64,000 bases of DNA from the NCBI GenBank assembly GCA_963705895.1, contig OY970122.1, positions 1,270,075 through 1,334,074 of the forward strand, read 5' to 3'. The DNA comes from Candidatus Aminicenantes bacterium (lineage in GTDB: Bacteria; Acidobacteriota; Aminicenantia; Aminicenantales; JAFGAV01). Positions 14,951-23,688 of this stretch are shown here, piece after piece. The notes beneath the pieces were generated by a model, which was given only the letters and a program-made list of their open reading frames with translations, did not search any database and was not told the origin of the DNA. Each line of letters begins with the position of its first letter. The first letter of the stretch is position 1. The position numbers and the translations under genes were made by a program.

Positions 14951-15979
14951 TTGGTACAAACTAAGACTACCCCCGTGGATAAAGAAACACAAAAGCTCCT
15001 GGACATCGTGGACCGCTTCCGCGGCAAGAAGATCGTGGTCTGGGGCGATTTCATCCTCGACGCCTATCTCCTCGGCACGACGCGCCGCGTCTCGCGCGAA
15101 GCCCCTGTCCTCATCCTGAGATACTCGAGCTCGGAGTTCTCCCTGGGCGGCGCCGGGAACGCCCTCCAAAACCTGTGGTCGCTCGGGGCCGCTCCCCTGC
15201 CCGTGGGCCTCGTCGGCGCCGACGAATCAGGCGATAATATCCTGAACTTTCTCAAAACCCGCCACATTCCCACATCCGGGCTGATAGTCCGCCGCGGCCA
15301 TCAGACGCCGGTCAAGACCCGCGTCCTGGCCGGGGAAGAAAACACGCGAAAACAGCAGATCCTCCGCATCGACCGCGAAAGCAACGCGCCCCAGACAACG
15401 GAATTCCAACGGGAGATAAGGTCCCGCCTCCTCAAGGCGCTCGCCCACGCCGACGCTCTTCTCATCTCGGACTACAATTACCTCGCCGCCCAGCCTGAGG
15501 TTTTTCACGTACTCGAGCCGGCTCTCCGCCGATTGAAGATCCCCGTTTCCCTTGATTCACGCTTTCGCCTCCTCGAGTTTCCCGGAGTGACCATCGCCAC
15601 GCCCAACGAGCCCGAGGTCGAGGCCGCGCTGGCCGTCGAGATCGGCGGGCGCCCTGAACCCCTTCTGGCCGCCGGACGGACCATCCTCGCCCGCCTCCAC
15701 TCCCCTGCCCTGCTCATCACCCGCGGCTCGCGCGGGATGGCCCTCTTCGAGCGCGGGGCCAAACCCCGGCTCATCCCGGTCCACGGCACGACCGACATCG
15801 TGGACGTGACCGGCGCCGGCGACACGGTCATCAGCGTTTTGACCCTGGCCCTGGCCTGCGGCGCGACCTACGAGCAGGCGACTCTTCTGGCCAACCATGC
15901 CGGCGGGATCGTGGTCATGAAAAAGGGCACCGCGGTCCTGACCGCCGACGAACTCAAAGCGTCCGTGATCGAATCGTGA
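14951..15979 (+). CDS. hldA: D-glycero-beta-D-manno-heptose-7-phosphate kinase (RfaE domain I, PfkB family)
   Basis: DRFRGKKIVVWGDFILDAYLLGTTRRVSREAPVLIL ... DIVDVTGAGDTVISVL are PfkB/HldE kinase motifs. TTG start is uncertain. Confidence 0.8.
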   Translation: MVQTKTTPVDKETQKLLDIVDRFRGKKIVVWGDFILDAYLLGTTRRVSREAPVLILRYSSSEFSLGGAGNALQNLWSLGAAPLPVGLVGADESGDNILNFLKTRHIPTSGLIVRRGHQTPVKTRVLAGEENTRKQQILRIDRESNAPQTTEFQREIRSRLLKALAHADALLISDYNYLAAQPEVFHVLEPALRRLKIPVSLDSRFRLLEFPGVTIATPNEPEVEAALAVEIGGRPEPLLAAGRTILARLHSPALLITRGSRGMALFERGAKPRLIPVHGTTDIVDVTGAGDTVISVLTLALACGATYEQATLLANHAGGIVVMKKGTAVLTADELKASVIES

Positions 15980-17469
15980 ACAAGCTTAAGACTCTGGCCG
16001 AGCTCAAGCCGATCCTCGCCCGCGAAAAGAGAGCCGGGAAGACGATCGTCCTGGCCAACGGCGGGTTCGACCTGATCCACGTCGGGCACGTCCGCTACCT
16101 GCGCGACGCCAAGGCCCGGGGCGATATCCTGGTCGCGGCCGTTAACAGCGATTCCTCCCTGCGCGCGCTCAAAGGTCCCGGCCGGCCCCTCCTCCCCCAA
16201 GATGAACGGGCGGAGATCCTGTCCGCCTTCTCTTTCGTTGACTACGTCACGGTCTTCAACGAGCTCAACGTCGAGCGCCTCCTCCTCGAGCTCCAGCCCG
16301 ACGTTCACGCCAAGGGCTCGGACTACACCAAGGACAGCGTGCCCGAAAAGGACACGGTCAAGCGCATCGGGGGCCGGGTGGCCATTGCCGGCGGGCCCAA
16401 GGTCCGGAACACTTCGGACATCATCCAGAAGATCTCATCGGCTTCGGCGTCCACCACTCGGTCGCGGCCGGCCCGCGACTTTCTCATCATCCGGCTCAGC
16501 TCCCTGGGGGATATCATTCACACCCTGCCGGCCTTTGCCGCCCTACGACGCTGCTTTCCCAAAGCCCGGATCGCCTGGGCCGTGGGCTCTCAGGGCAAGC
16601 CCATTCTCGACTGTGTTCCGGGCCTGGACGAGATCCTGGTCGTGAAGGGCGGCAAGCTTCTGTGGAATGTCCACGGTCTCCACAAGCGCGACCGGGTCGC
16701 TCTGGATTTTCAGGGGCTGATCAAGTCCGGCCTGCTGGCCGAGCTCTCGCGGGCCAGGACGCGCATCGGGTTTAACAAGAAGAATCTCCGAGAACAGCTG
16801 GCCTCGATCTTCTACACGGACCACATCGACGAGGTCTCCGAGGACATGTCCGTCATCCGCAAGAACCTCAAGCTCCTGGAGCCCCTCGGGATCAGGGAGG
16901 AAAAGTTCGAGTTTCCCCTGCGGCTCCCGGCTCGGGCTGTGTCCAAGGTCCATTCCGAGCTCAAGAAGCTCGGCCGCAAAAAAGGACAGAAGCTTGCCGT
17001 ATGCAACATGGGCGCCGCCTGGAAAACGAAGCGCTGGCCGATCGCCCGCTGGGTCTCCTTCCTCCAAATCATGAAAAAGAAAAGGCCCGCTTTGTTTTTC
17101 GTTCTCCTGTGGGGCAACACGGAGGAGGCCGAGGCCGCCCGGACCGTTCAGGCCAAGACCGGCGCTCCGGTCGTGCCGTTCCTGTCCATCGTCGAGGTTA
17201 TGGCCCTTCTGAAGCAGGCCTCGCTCCTCGTCAGCGGCGACACGTTCGCTCTCCAGGCGGCGTGCGCCCTGGCCGTGCCGGTCGTCGGGATTTTCGGCCC
17301 CACGAACCCCCGCCGCAACGGCCCCTTCGACGCGGCCGACCTGTGCGCTTATCATCGCAAAGATTGCGCGCCCTGCTACAAGCGCGACTGCCGTCAGGCC
17401 GACTGCCTGGAAGAGATCACCGCCGAGGAAGTCGCGGCCCTGGCCCTCGAACGGCTGAGAAGGGGCTGA
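15976..17469 (+). CDS. fusion protein: heptose-1-phosphate adenylyltransferase (RfaE domain II) plus GT9 heptosyltransferase
   Basis: Residues 1-150 carry cytidylyltransferase motifs (VLANGGFDLIHVGHVRYL, RVAIAGGP). A Ser/Thr linker follows. From about residue 167 the sequence is GT9-like (FLIIRLSSLGDIIHTLPAFAALRRCFPKARIAWAV ... GDTFALQAACALAVPVVGIFGPTNP). Confidence 0.75.
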   Translation: MNKLKTLAELKPILAREKRAGKTIVLANGGFDLIHVGHVRYLRDAKARGDILVAAVNSDSSLRALKGPGRPLLPQDERAEILSAFSFVDYVTVFNELNVERLLLELQPDVHAKGSDYTKDSVPEKDTVKRIGGRVAIAGGPKVRNTSDIIQKISSASASTTRSRPARDFLIIRLSSLGDIIHTLPAFAALRRCFPKARIAWAVGSQGKPILDCVPGLDEILVVKGGKLLWNVHGLHKRDRVALDFQGLIKSGLLAELSRARTRIGFNKKNLREQLASIFYTDHIDEVSEDMSVIRKNLKLLEPLGIREEKFEFPLRLPARAVSKVHSELKKLGRKKGQKLAVCNMGAAWKTKRWPIARWVSFLQIMKKKRPALFFVLLWGNTEEAEAARTVQAKTGAPVVPFLSIVEVMALLKQASLLVSGDTFALQAACALAVPVVGIFGPTNPRRNGPFDAADLCAYHRKDCAPCYKRDCRQADCLEEITAEEVAALALERLRRG

Positions 17470-17470
17470 G

Positions 17471-18025
17471 GTGTTCGAACGCCCGTTCTTCAAGGCGATC
17501 TATCGCTGTCGGGTGCGCGCCGCGCTCTTCGCTTTTTTAGCTTGTCTTGCACTGGCCAAGCCGACCTGGAAATCCATCATCCTGGGGACCGCCTTGAGCT
17601 TGGTCGGGCTTCTCGTTCGGGCCTGGGCCTCCGGTCATCTCAAGAAAGAAAAGGAACTGGCCGTGAGCGGCCCTTATCGGTTCTCGCGCAACCCGCTCTA
17701 CCTGGGTAACCTGATCCTGGGTTTGAGCCTGGCCGTCGGCGCGAATTCGCTCATCGTCTTCATCATCTTTGCCGTCTACTTCCTGGCCTTCTACCCCGTC
17801 ATCATCCTCGCCGAGCGCGAGCGCATGAAAAAGCTCTTCCCTGAAAAATATAAGGAATACATCAAGCACGTGCCCCTGTTCTTCCCCTGGCGCAAGCCCC
17901 TGGCCGCTGGGGACGACGTGAGGTTCGATTGGAGCCTGTATATAAGGAACCGGGAATACCGGGCGCTTCTGGGCGGCGCCGTATACTGGCTGATACTGTC
18001 CGCGCGGATCATCCTGAAGGTTTGA
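17471..18025 (+). CDS. isoprenylcysteine carboxyl/phospholipid methyltransferase-family membrane protein
   Basis: Multi-TM protein with SGPYRFSRNPLYLGNLILGLS, an ICMT/PEMT signature. Confidence 0.65.
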   Translation: MFERPFFKAIYRCRVRAALFAFLACLALAKPTWKSIILGTALSLVGLLVRAWASGHLKKEKELAVSGPYRFSRNPLYLGNLILGLSLAVGANSLIVFIIFAVYFLAFYPVIILAERERMKKLFPEKYKEYIKHVPLFFPWRKPLAAGDDVRFDWSLYIRNREYRALLGGAVYWLILSARIILKV

Positions 18026-18110
18026 ACAGGGACTGATCACTGGCCAGTAGTCACTGGTTACTGGTAACTCGTTACAGGTCACTAAGACAAACGCAATAAG
18101 TTTCGAAAAA

Positions 18111-18839
18111 TTGTCATGGCGAGCCATCGACGGGAGAGCGGCCAGCTTTTCAGAACAAGTGAGATCGCCACGTCGCTTCGCTCCTCGCGATGACAAAGGA
18201 ATTACGGCGCATGTATTTGTGGCAAGCGATTTATGCTATATTTCCCGCGTGCCGACCGAAGCCCGGATCAAGCGCGTCCATCAGGTGCTTTCCCTAAGAC
18301 AGCCCGACCTGCGTGTCGTGTTCGAGGAGCTGACCAATCCTCACAACGCCAGCGCTGTGCTCAGGACATGCGACGCGGCTGGCGTGCTGCACGTGCACTT
18401 CGTCTCAGCCGGCGGCGACGACTTCCCCATCAATAAGGCCATCTCCACGCGAGCGGATAAGTGGCTGGAACTCCATCGCCACGAAACCATCGGAGATTGT
18501 GTTTCCACTCTTAAAAAAAAGAACTTCCAGGTCGCCGCAACATGTTTGAGAGAGGACGCAGTCCCCTATGATGCGGTGAACTACGCGAAACCCACGGCGA
18601 TCATCTTCGGCAACGAATCCGAGGGGGTTACGTCCGAGGCTCTCGACCTGGCTGACCTCACAATCAAGATCCCGATGCTGGGCATGGTCCAGAGCCTGAA
18701 CCTGTCCGTGTCCGTGGGCATCATCCTTTATGAGGCCCTTCGTCAGAGGCAGGCCCTAGGCTTTTTCAAGCGGCCGCGGCTTTCATCGGAAGACTGCGCC
18801 GCCTTTGCTAAAAAGTGGGTGTCAGCGGAACACGACTAA
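18111..18839 (+). CDS. trmH: SpoU/TrmH-family RNA 2'-O-methyltransferase
   Basis: LTNPHNASAVLRTCDAAGV ... IIFGNESEGVTSEAL ... IPMLGMVQSLNLSVSVGIILYE. The true start may be the GTG at 18249. Confidence 0.75.
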   Translation: MSWRAIDGRAASFSEQVRSPRRFAPRDDKGITAHVFVASDLCYISRVPTEARIKRVHQVLSLRQPDLRVVFEELTNPHNASAVLRTCDAAGVLHVHFVSAGGDDFPINKAISTRADKWLELHRHETIGDCVSTLKKKNFQVAATCLREDAVPYDAVNYAKPTAIIFGNESEGVTSEALDLADLTIKIPMLGMVQSLNLSVSVGIILYEALRQRQALGFFKRPRLSSEDCAAFAKKWVSAEHD

Positions 18840-18885
18840 CTCTTCGATTACGGCTTTGCCGCGCGCCCTAGGGATTTTGACGCGG

Positions 18886-18933
18886 CAAAAAAAGAGGGAA
18901 AGGGAGAGAAGCGCCGAAGCGCCTCTCTCCCCT
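18886..18933 (-). terminator. rho-independent terminator after the HtrA-like gene
   Basis: The minus strand forms the hairpin GGGAGAGA-G-GCGC/TTCG/GCGC-T-TCTCTCCC, followed by TTTCCCTCTTTTTTT. Confidence 0.7.
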
Positions 18934-18976
18934 TCACCAAGGCTTGGGGGTAAATAGGGAGGGGGAAAACGCAAAG

Positions 18977-20665
18977 CTAGATTCGGTAGATATCTCCGGA
19001 ATAGTAGTAGCGCAGAGCCCTGGGGGCTTTGGATCGGCTCCTGGCCAGGTCCATCTGCTTCTTGACATCCTCGGTCATCCTCTTGAATTCGAATTGGTAA
19101 TCCGAGAGAGCTTTCGGCATGGGTTTCATCCGATCATCGCCCGTGGCGCCCGGCGCCCTCGAAAAGAATTCATCCGGAATTCCATAGAATCCCTGGCTCT
19201 CTTCCTCTCCGACTTCCACATCGGCGCTCATGGGCTTTTTGTCCCGCAGGAATTCGACCTTGATCTTGTCGCCCTTCTTCTTTTCCCGAAGAATGGCGCC
19301 CAATTCGCTCACGGACTGGATCCGCTTGCCGTCGGCCTTGAAGATCACGTCGCCGACCTTGAGTCCGGCTTTCTGGGCGGGGCTGTCCTCGGTGAATTGG
19401 TTGACGAGCAGGCCGACTCCATCCTTCAAGCCGAAGAACTCGCCCAATTCTCTGGTCGTCTGGGAGATGTAGAGCCCGACGAATTTTCGCTTTTCCCAAA
19501 CCATGTCGGGCGGCATCGGGCGGGGCATGGGAGCGATTTTGGGCTGATCGCCCCTGGGCGGTCGCGGAGTCGCGGGCGGCAGGGGACCTTTATCGGGGAG
19601 CGGCGCTGGAGCGTTAAAAAGCTGGGGGAAAGAGCGTTCGATCTCAAGCCGGGCGTCCTCCCCCGAGTAATTCCCGAGCTTGACCTTGACGTCCATGGTT
19701 TTTCCGCCGCGCAGGATCTGCAGGGTGATGTCCTTGCCGGGCTTTCGCATACGGATCTCCGAGGACAAGATGCCCGGACCGGTGATGGCCTTGCCGTCGA
19801 GCTTGAGGATGATATCCCCTTCCTGAAGCTTGGCCAGGGAAGCCGGGCTATCGTCCTCGACGTCCGAGATCACGGCTTGACCCTGGTCGCTCTCTTGAAC
19901 GCTCACGCCGAGCCAGCCGCGTTCGACCTTGCCCTTGTCCCTGATCTGGGTATAGACATCCTTGACGATATCGATGGGAACGGCCTGGGCCATGCCCGAG
20001 GCGGGAGCTTCGGCCCGGTTGAAGGCGTAGCCGGAGCCGACCACCTGCTGTTCGTGGAACTCAAAGACCACGGGGTTGTCCTCGAAATAGGCCCCCCGCA
20101 GAAGGCCGATCATCTGACCGTCCTTGTTGACCACCGGGCTGCCGCTCGACCCGCGCACGACCCAGACGTTGAGCCGCAGCCAATCGGAAGCCAGGGAGCT
20201 GATGATGCCTTGGGTCACGGCCGGCGTGTTTTCGGGCGAGAGGCCGACGACGCCGACCCAGGTGCCCGGGGCCAGGCCTTCGACCTTGCCCATGACGACG
20301 GCCGCGGGCAATTTTTCCTTGGCCTTGAGCACGGCCACGCGCGTCTGGCCGTCCAGACCTACGAAATCGGCCTTGATCCGCTTGCCGTCCATGGTGATGA
20401 CCGTGATCTCTTCGTCCCTGGGCGAGATGAGGGCCGTGGTGATGATGTAACCGTCCTTGTCCACGACGACGCCCGTGGCGATCTTTCGCATGACGTTGCG
20501 GGCCTCAACCCTGACCACGGCCGGATAGACGAGCTTGGCCACCGCATCGATGCCCTTATCATCCAGCGGGGCGCCGGGGTCATAGGCCGGACGGGCGGCC
20601 AGGCTCACGAACAACAGCGGCACGAGGGCCGCCATCATGAGGGTTCGACTGATTGTGTTGCGCAT
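18977..20665 (-). CDS. HtrA/DegP-like protein with two PDZ domains; catalytic His and Asp apparently missing
   Basis: Has a signal peptide and a trypsin-like fold with GSSGSPVV (Ser motif). Where HtrA has TN-x-HV and D-x-AVLK, this protein reads ITTALI and TRVAVLK. Two PDZ domains are present (DSPASLAKLQEGDIILKLDG, DSPAQKAGLKVGDVIFKADG). Confidence 0.75.
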   Translation of the reverse strand: MRNTISRTLMMAALVPLLFVSLAARPAYDPGAPLDDKGIDAVAKLVYPAVVRVEARNVMRKIATGVVVDKDGYIITTALISPRDEEITVITMDGKRIKADFVGLDGQTRVAVLKAKEKLPAAVVMGKVEGLAPGTWVGVVGLSPENTPAVTQGIISSLASDWLRLNVWVVRGSSGSPVVNKDGQMIGLLRGAYFEDNPVVFEFHEQQVVGSGYAFNRAEAPASGMAQAVPIDIVKDVYTQIRDKGKVERGWLGVSVQESDQGQAVISDVEDDSPASLAKLQEGDIILKLDGKAITGPGILSSEIRMRKPGKDITLQILRGGKTMDVKVKLGNYSGEDARLEIERSFPQLFNAPAPLPDKGPLPPATPRPPRGDQPKIAPMPRPMPPDMVWEKRKFVGLYISQTTRELGEFFGLKDGVGLLVNQFTEDSPAQKAGLKVGDVIFKADGKRIQSVSELGAILREKKKGDKIKVEFLRDKKPMSADVEVGEEESQGFYGIPDEFFSRAPGATGDDRMKPMPKALSDYQFEFKRMTEDVKKQMDLARSRSKAPRALRYYYSGDIYRI

Positions 20666-20680
20666 TTGGGGATGTGCCTC

Positions 20681-21079
20681 CTAATACCTGATATTGCCGT
20701 ATGTTCCGCTGTCGGAAACTTGTTCCAAGATATAAACGGTGGACGTATCGCCGGAGATGTTCCGGACTTCGCGCCCGTAATCGACGGAGTCCATGACGGG
20801 GACCACCCTGCCTTGAGCCGGACCCGACTCGAAGCCCGCCGGGGACGTTGATGTCACGCGCCCGGGCCTCAAAAGGAAGACCACGTTGACCAGGACCAGA
20901 CAAACAAGGAGCGCCGCCAGGCCACCGGCCCAGTAGAGTCTCGGACGAACGGGGCGGACCTTGATGGACCGGGCCCCGGACTTGACGTCATGGAGACGGG
21001 CCAGGACCATCCCCTCGAAACCGGGAGGGGCTTTGACCTTGTTCAGGGTGTGCCTCAAATCAAGCTCTTCCATTTTCAA
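20681..21079 (-). CDS. putative single-pass anti-sigma factor
   Basis: 132 aa with one TM (YWAGGLAALLVCLVLVNVVFLL). It overlaps the 3' end of the ECF sigma gene by 20 nt. Confidence 0.5.
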   Translation of the reverse strand: MKMEELDLRHTLNKVKAPPGFEGMVLARLHDVKSGARSIKVRPVRPRLYWAGGLAALLVCLVLVNVVFLLRPGRVTSTSPAGFESGPAQGRVVPVMDSVDYGREVRNISGDTSTVYILEQVSDSGTYGNIRY

Positions 21080-21659
21080 ACTCCTTGCCGAGGACGCATG
21101 CCTCCTGGCCGTTGGCCGCTTTCTCCAGGGCCTTCTTGAGAAGGTTCCGGCCGCGGCTGATCCGCGCCTTGACCGTGCCGACCGGCGCCTTGATGATGTT
21201 CGCGATCTCTTCCTGGGAGTATCCTTCGATATCCTTCAGCAGGACCGGGATCCGATAGCGCGGGCTGAGGGCGTCCAAGGCCTGGCGCAGGTTCCTGGCC
21301 AGGCCGCTGTCTTTCTTCGAAAGGGTGAAGGTTCCCGCGGCCAGGTCGTTCTTGACCTCTTCGAGGGGGACGGTCAGTAGCCTTCGGTTTCGCCGCATGT
21401 CGGTTTTGGCCAGGTTCGAAGCGATGGCGTAGATCCAGGAACCCAGGGGCGCGATCGGACGGTACTTATCGGCCTTGAAAAAGACCCGGATGAAGGTCTC
21501 CTGGCTGATCTCCACGGCCTTTTCATAATCGCCGACCAGCTGAAACACGTAGTTCACGATCCGATCCTTGAACTGCCCCACGATCCGGGTGAAGGCGGCT
21601 TCGTCACCAGCCTGGACCTTGACCATGAGTTCCTGGAGTTCCCGTTCTTCCATGTTCAA
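21060..21659 (-). CDS. ECF-type RNA polymerase sigma factor
   Basis: Sigma-70 region 2 (ISQETFIRVF ... GSWIYAIASNLAKTDMRR) and region 4 (YSQEEIANIIKAPVGTVKARISRGR). Confidence 0.85.
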   Translation of the reverse strand: MNMEERELQELMVKVQAGDEAAFTRIVGQFKDRIVNYVFQLVGDYEKAVEISQETFIRVFFKADKYRPIAPLGSWIYAIASNLAKTDMRRNRRLLTVPLEEVKNDLAAGTFTLSKKDSGLARNLRQALDALSPRYRIPVLLKDIEGYSQEEIANIIKAPVGTVKARISRGRNLLKKALEKAANGQEACVLGKEFENGRA

Positions 21660-21836
21660 ACCCTAAAACCCGCGGACATCGCTAAACGTTGCATTTCAAG
21701 CCTAATTTTACCCCGGACTTGACCTGACCTCAAGGAAATGACAATATTTGGCACAACAGCTCCCCTCCTGGGATTTCAGCAAGGACTGCATGCCCAAACC
21801 AGCCCTTTGTGAGGCTTGGAAAGCCGCAGGCCTCAC

Positions 21837-21863
21837 GGAACTTTTTCCATGAGAATCTCGTCT
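21837..21863 (+). promoter_or_regulatory. ECF-type promoter (GGAAC-N17-CGTCT)
   Basis: GGAAC at 21837-21841, a 17-nt spacer, then CGTCT at 21859-21863, 16 nt upstream of the GTG start of the second ECF sigma gene. Confidence 0.55.
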
Positions 21864-21878
21864 ATCGGGGTGTAGTGA

Positions 21879-22430
21879 GTGGAATTGAAAGACGTTATTC
21901 AAGGGTGCCTGGAAGGCAACCAAGGAGCTTGGGAAACGCTTGTGAATTCGTATTCCCAGAAGATCCTCAACATGGCCTTTCAATTCACCGGAAGCCGCCC
22001 GGAGGCCGAAGACCTCACCCAGGAGATTTTCTTGAAAGTCTATAGCTCTCTCGGCAAGTTCGACCCGGAGAAGAACTTCACGGCCTGGCTCCTGACCCTG
22101 GCCAAGAACCACTTGATCGATGAATACCGCAGGACCAAGTGGGAGAAAAAGAACAGGGATGATTTCGACGACGTCCTGGTCAAGGGCACGACGCGGACGG
22201 CCGGTCCCGAGGAGGACGCGGTCCGGACGGATAACCGCCGGATCCTTTGGCAGGGCCTGAGCCGACTGCCGTCCGACGTGCGCCTGGCCATCGTCCTCAA
22301 GGAGCTCCAGGGTCAATCCTACGAGGAAGTGGCCCAGGTCCTTCGCCTGCCTCTGGGCACGGTCAAATCACGGATCAATCGCGGCAAGCTGCTGCTGGCG
22401 AAAATTCTCAAGGAACAGAAGGAGGCTTGA
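21879..22430 (+). CDS. ECF-type RNA polymerase sigma factor
   Basis: AEDLTQEIFLKVY ... FTAWLLTLAKNHLIDEYRR ... QSYEEVAQVLRLPLGTVKSRINRGK. Confidence 0.85.
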   Translation: MELKDVIQGCLEGNQGAWETLVNSYSQKILNMAFQFTGSRPEAEDLTQEIFLKVYSSLGKFDPEKNFTAWLLTLAKNHLIDEYRRTKWEKKNRDDFDDVLVKGTTRTAGPEEDAVRTDNRRILWQGLSRLPSDVRLAIVLKELQGQSYEEVAQVLRLPLGTVKSRINRGKLLLAKILKEQKEA

Positions 22431-22431
22431 C

Positions 22432-22944
22432 ATGAGCTGTGAACGCATCGAAAACCTCCTTCCTGCCTACAGCGACGGCTCGCTCGGCGGCCGGGATCGC
22501 AAGCTCGTGGAACATCATCTGGCCCAGTGCCCTGAGTGCCGGCGCCTCCTGGCCCTGCTCCGCGAGACCGACCGGGCCCTGGCCGGTTTTCCCGAGCTCA
22601 AGGTGAGCCCCGGCCTTCGCCGTAAGCTTTACGCCGTGCCCGAGCGCAAGACGGAAAAGTCCGAATCCTGGCTGAGCTTTTTCCCGCGACTCGTTCGTCA
22701 GCCGGTGTTCGTCCCGGCCGCGGTCGTGCTCCTGGCCGTCACGATCTTCATGACCAACCCCAACCGGGACTCGATCCTCAGGTCGCTCAACCGGCAGGTC
22801 CATCTGGGCCTCAACGCCGCGGAGAAGGTCTATGACCGGGCCGGGTCGTTTCTCGATACGCTGAACGCTTACAAGGAAGACACCCTCTCTTCGCTCAAGA
22901 GCATCAACCCCCTGAGCAAGGACGGGGACAAGAATAAAAAATAG
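22432..22944 (+). CDS. zf-HC2 (ZAS) anti-sigma factor, membrane anchored
   Basis: LVEHHLAQCPECRRLL is the H-x3-C-x2-C motif. One TM is present (PVFVPAAVVLLAVTIFM). It starts 2 nt after the sigma gene stop. Confidence 0.75.
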   Translation: MSCERIENLLPAYSDGSLGGRDRKLVEHHLAQCPECRRLLALLRETDRALAGFPELKVSPGLRRKLYAVPERKTEKSESWLSFFPRLVRQPVFVPAAVVLLAVTIFMTNPNRDSILRSLNRQVHLGLNAAEKVYDRAGSFLDTLNAYKEDTLSSLKSINPLSKDGDKNKK

Positions 22945-22961
22945 ATCAACGGAGGTTTAAC

Positions 22962-23441
22962 ATGGTTGACAAAGTCGTTTACACAAGGCCGCCCAAATCG
23001 CCGGTCCTGGCTGGAATCCTGTCCTTCTTCTTCCCCGGCACGGGATCCCTCTACAACCGCGAATACATGAAGGGCATCCTGTACATGCTGATCTTCGCCG
23101 GGCTGGTGACTCTCCAGGCCCAGGGCGAGGCGGGACAGCCCTTCAAGGGGATCATCCTGGCCGGCTTCTACATCTTCCAGATCATCGACGCCATCCAGGT
23201 GGCCAAGGGCATCAACCAGCGGGCCCTGCAAGGCGAGGCGGCCAAGAACGGCGAGGATTTCTCCTTGTCGGTCAAGACCGGCTCCATCTTCTGGGGCGCG
23301 CTCCTCATCATCCTGGGCGCCGTATTCCTGCTGGCCAACTTCGACGTGATCTCCTACGAGAAGATGTGGCGCTTCTGGCCGCTTCTCGTCATCGGCTTCG
23401 GCGGGAAGTTCATTTACGACTACTACCGCAAGAGCAAGTAA
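22962..23441 (+). CDS. membrane protein (TM2-like N-terminus plus LiaF/DUF5668-like C-terminal TM pair)
   Basis: SPVLAGILSFFFPGTGSLYN ... WGALLIILGAVFLLANFDV ... WRFWPLLVIGFGG. Confidence 0.55.
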   Translation: MVDKVVYTRPPKSPVLAGILSFFFPGTGSLYNREYMKGILYMLIFAGLVTLQAQGEAGQPFKGIILAGFYIFQIIDAIQVAKGINQRALQGEAAKNGEDFSLSVKTGSIFWGALLIILGAVFLLANFDVISYEKMWRFWPLLVIGFGGKFIYDYYRKSK

Positions 23442-23460
23442 GGACGAAAGGAGGCAATCC

Positions 23461-23688
23461 ATGGCCAACACCAAACACAGGGATTCGCTGATCTGGGGTC
23501 TGGTCCTCGTCGTCCTGGGGCTCCTCTTCCTGCTGGATAACCTCGACATCCGCTTCGACGTCTGGCATCACCTGGCCAACCTCTGGCCGGTCATCCTGAT
23601 CGTCTGGGGCGGGTGGAAGCTCTTTTTCGGCATCAAGGAAGCCAGGCAGGCCGCGGACTCGGAGACGCCGGTCAAGGAGAAAAAATGA
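23461..23688 (+). CDS. DUF5668/LiaI-LiaF-like small membrane protein
   Basis: LIWGLVLVVLGLLFLLDNLDI ... LWPVILIVWGGWKLF. Confidence 0.55.
   Translation: MANTKHRDSLIWGLVLVVLGLLFLLDNLDIRFDVWHHLANLWPVILIVWGGWKLFFGIKEARQAADSETPVKEKK

Noticed and set aside
18026-18095. Stop-codon-dense, AT-richer spacers with CACTGG/TAGTGAC-like words (also at 37366-37412)
   Set aside because: The two spacers share only short words and no alignable repeat. They are likely ordinary intergenic spacers between converging or adjacent genes.
18944-20851. 635-aa plus-strand ORF, and similar long ORFs at 40193-41728, 55815-57062, 24803-26080, 16543-17493 and 43013-44005
   Set aside because: All are antisense to genes with clear family motifs. 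All have low-complexity Gly/Asp/Arg/His-rich translations. They are GC-driven open frames, not genes.
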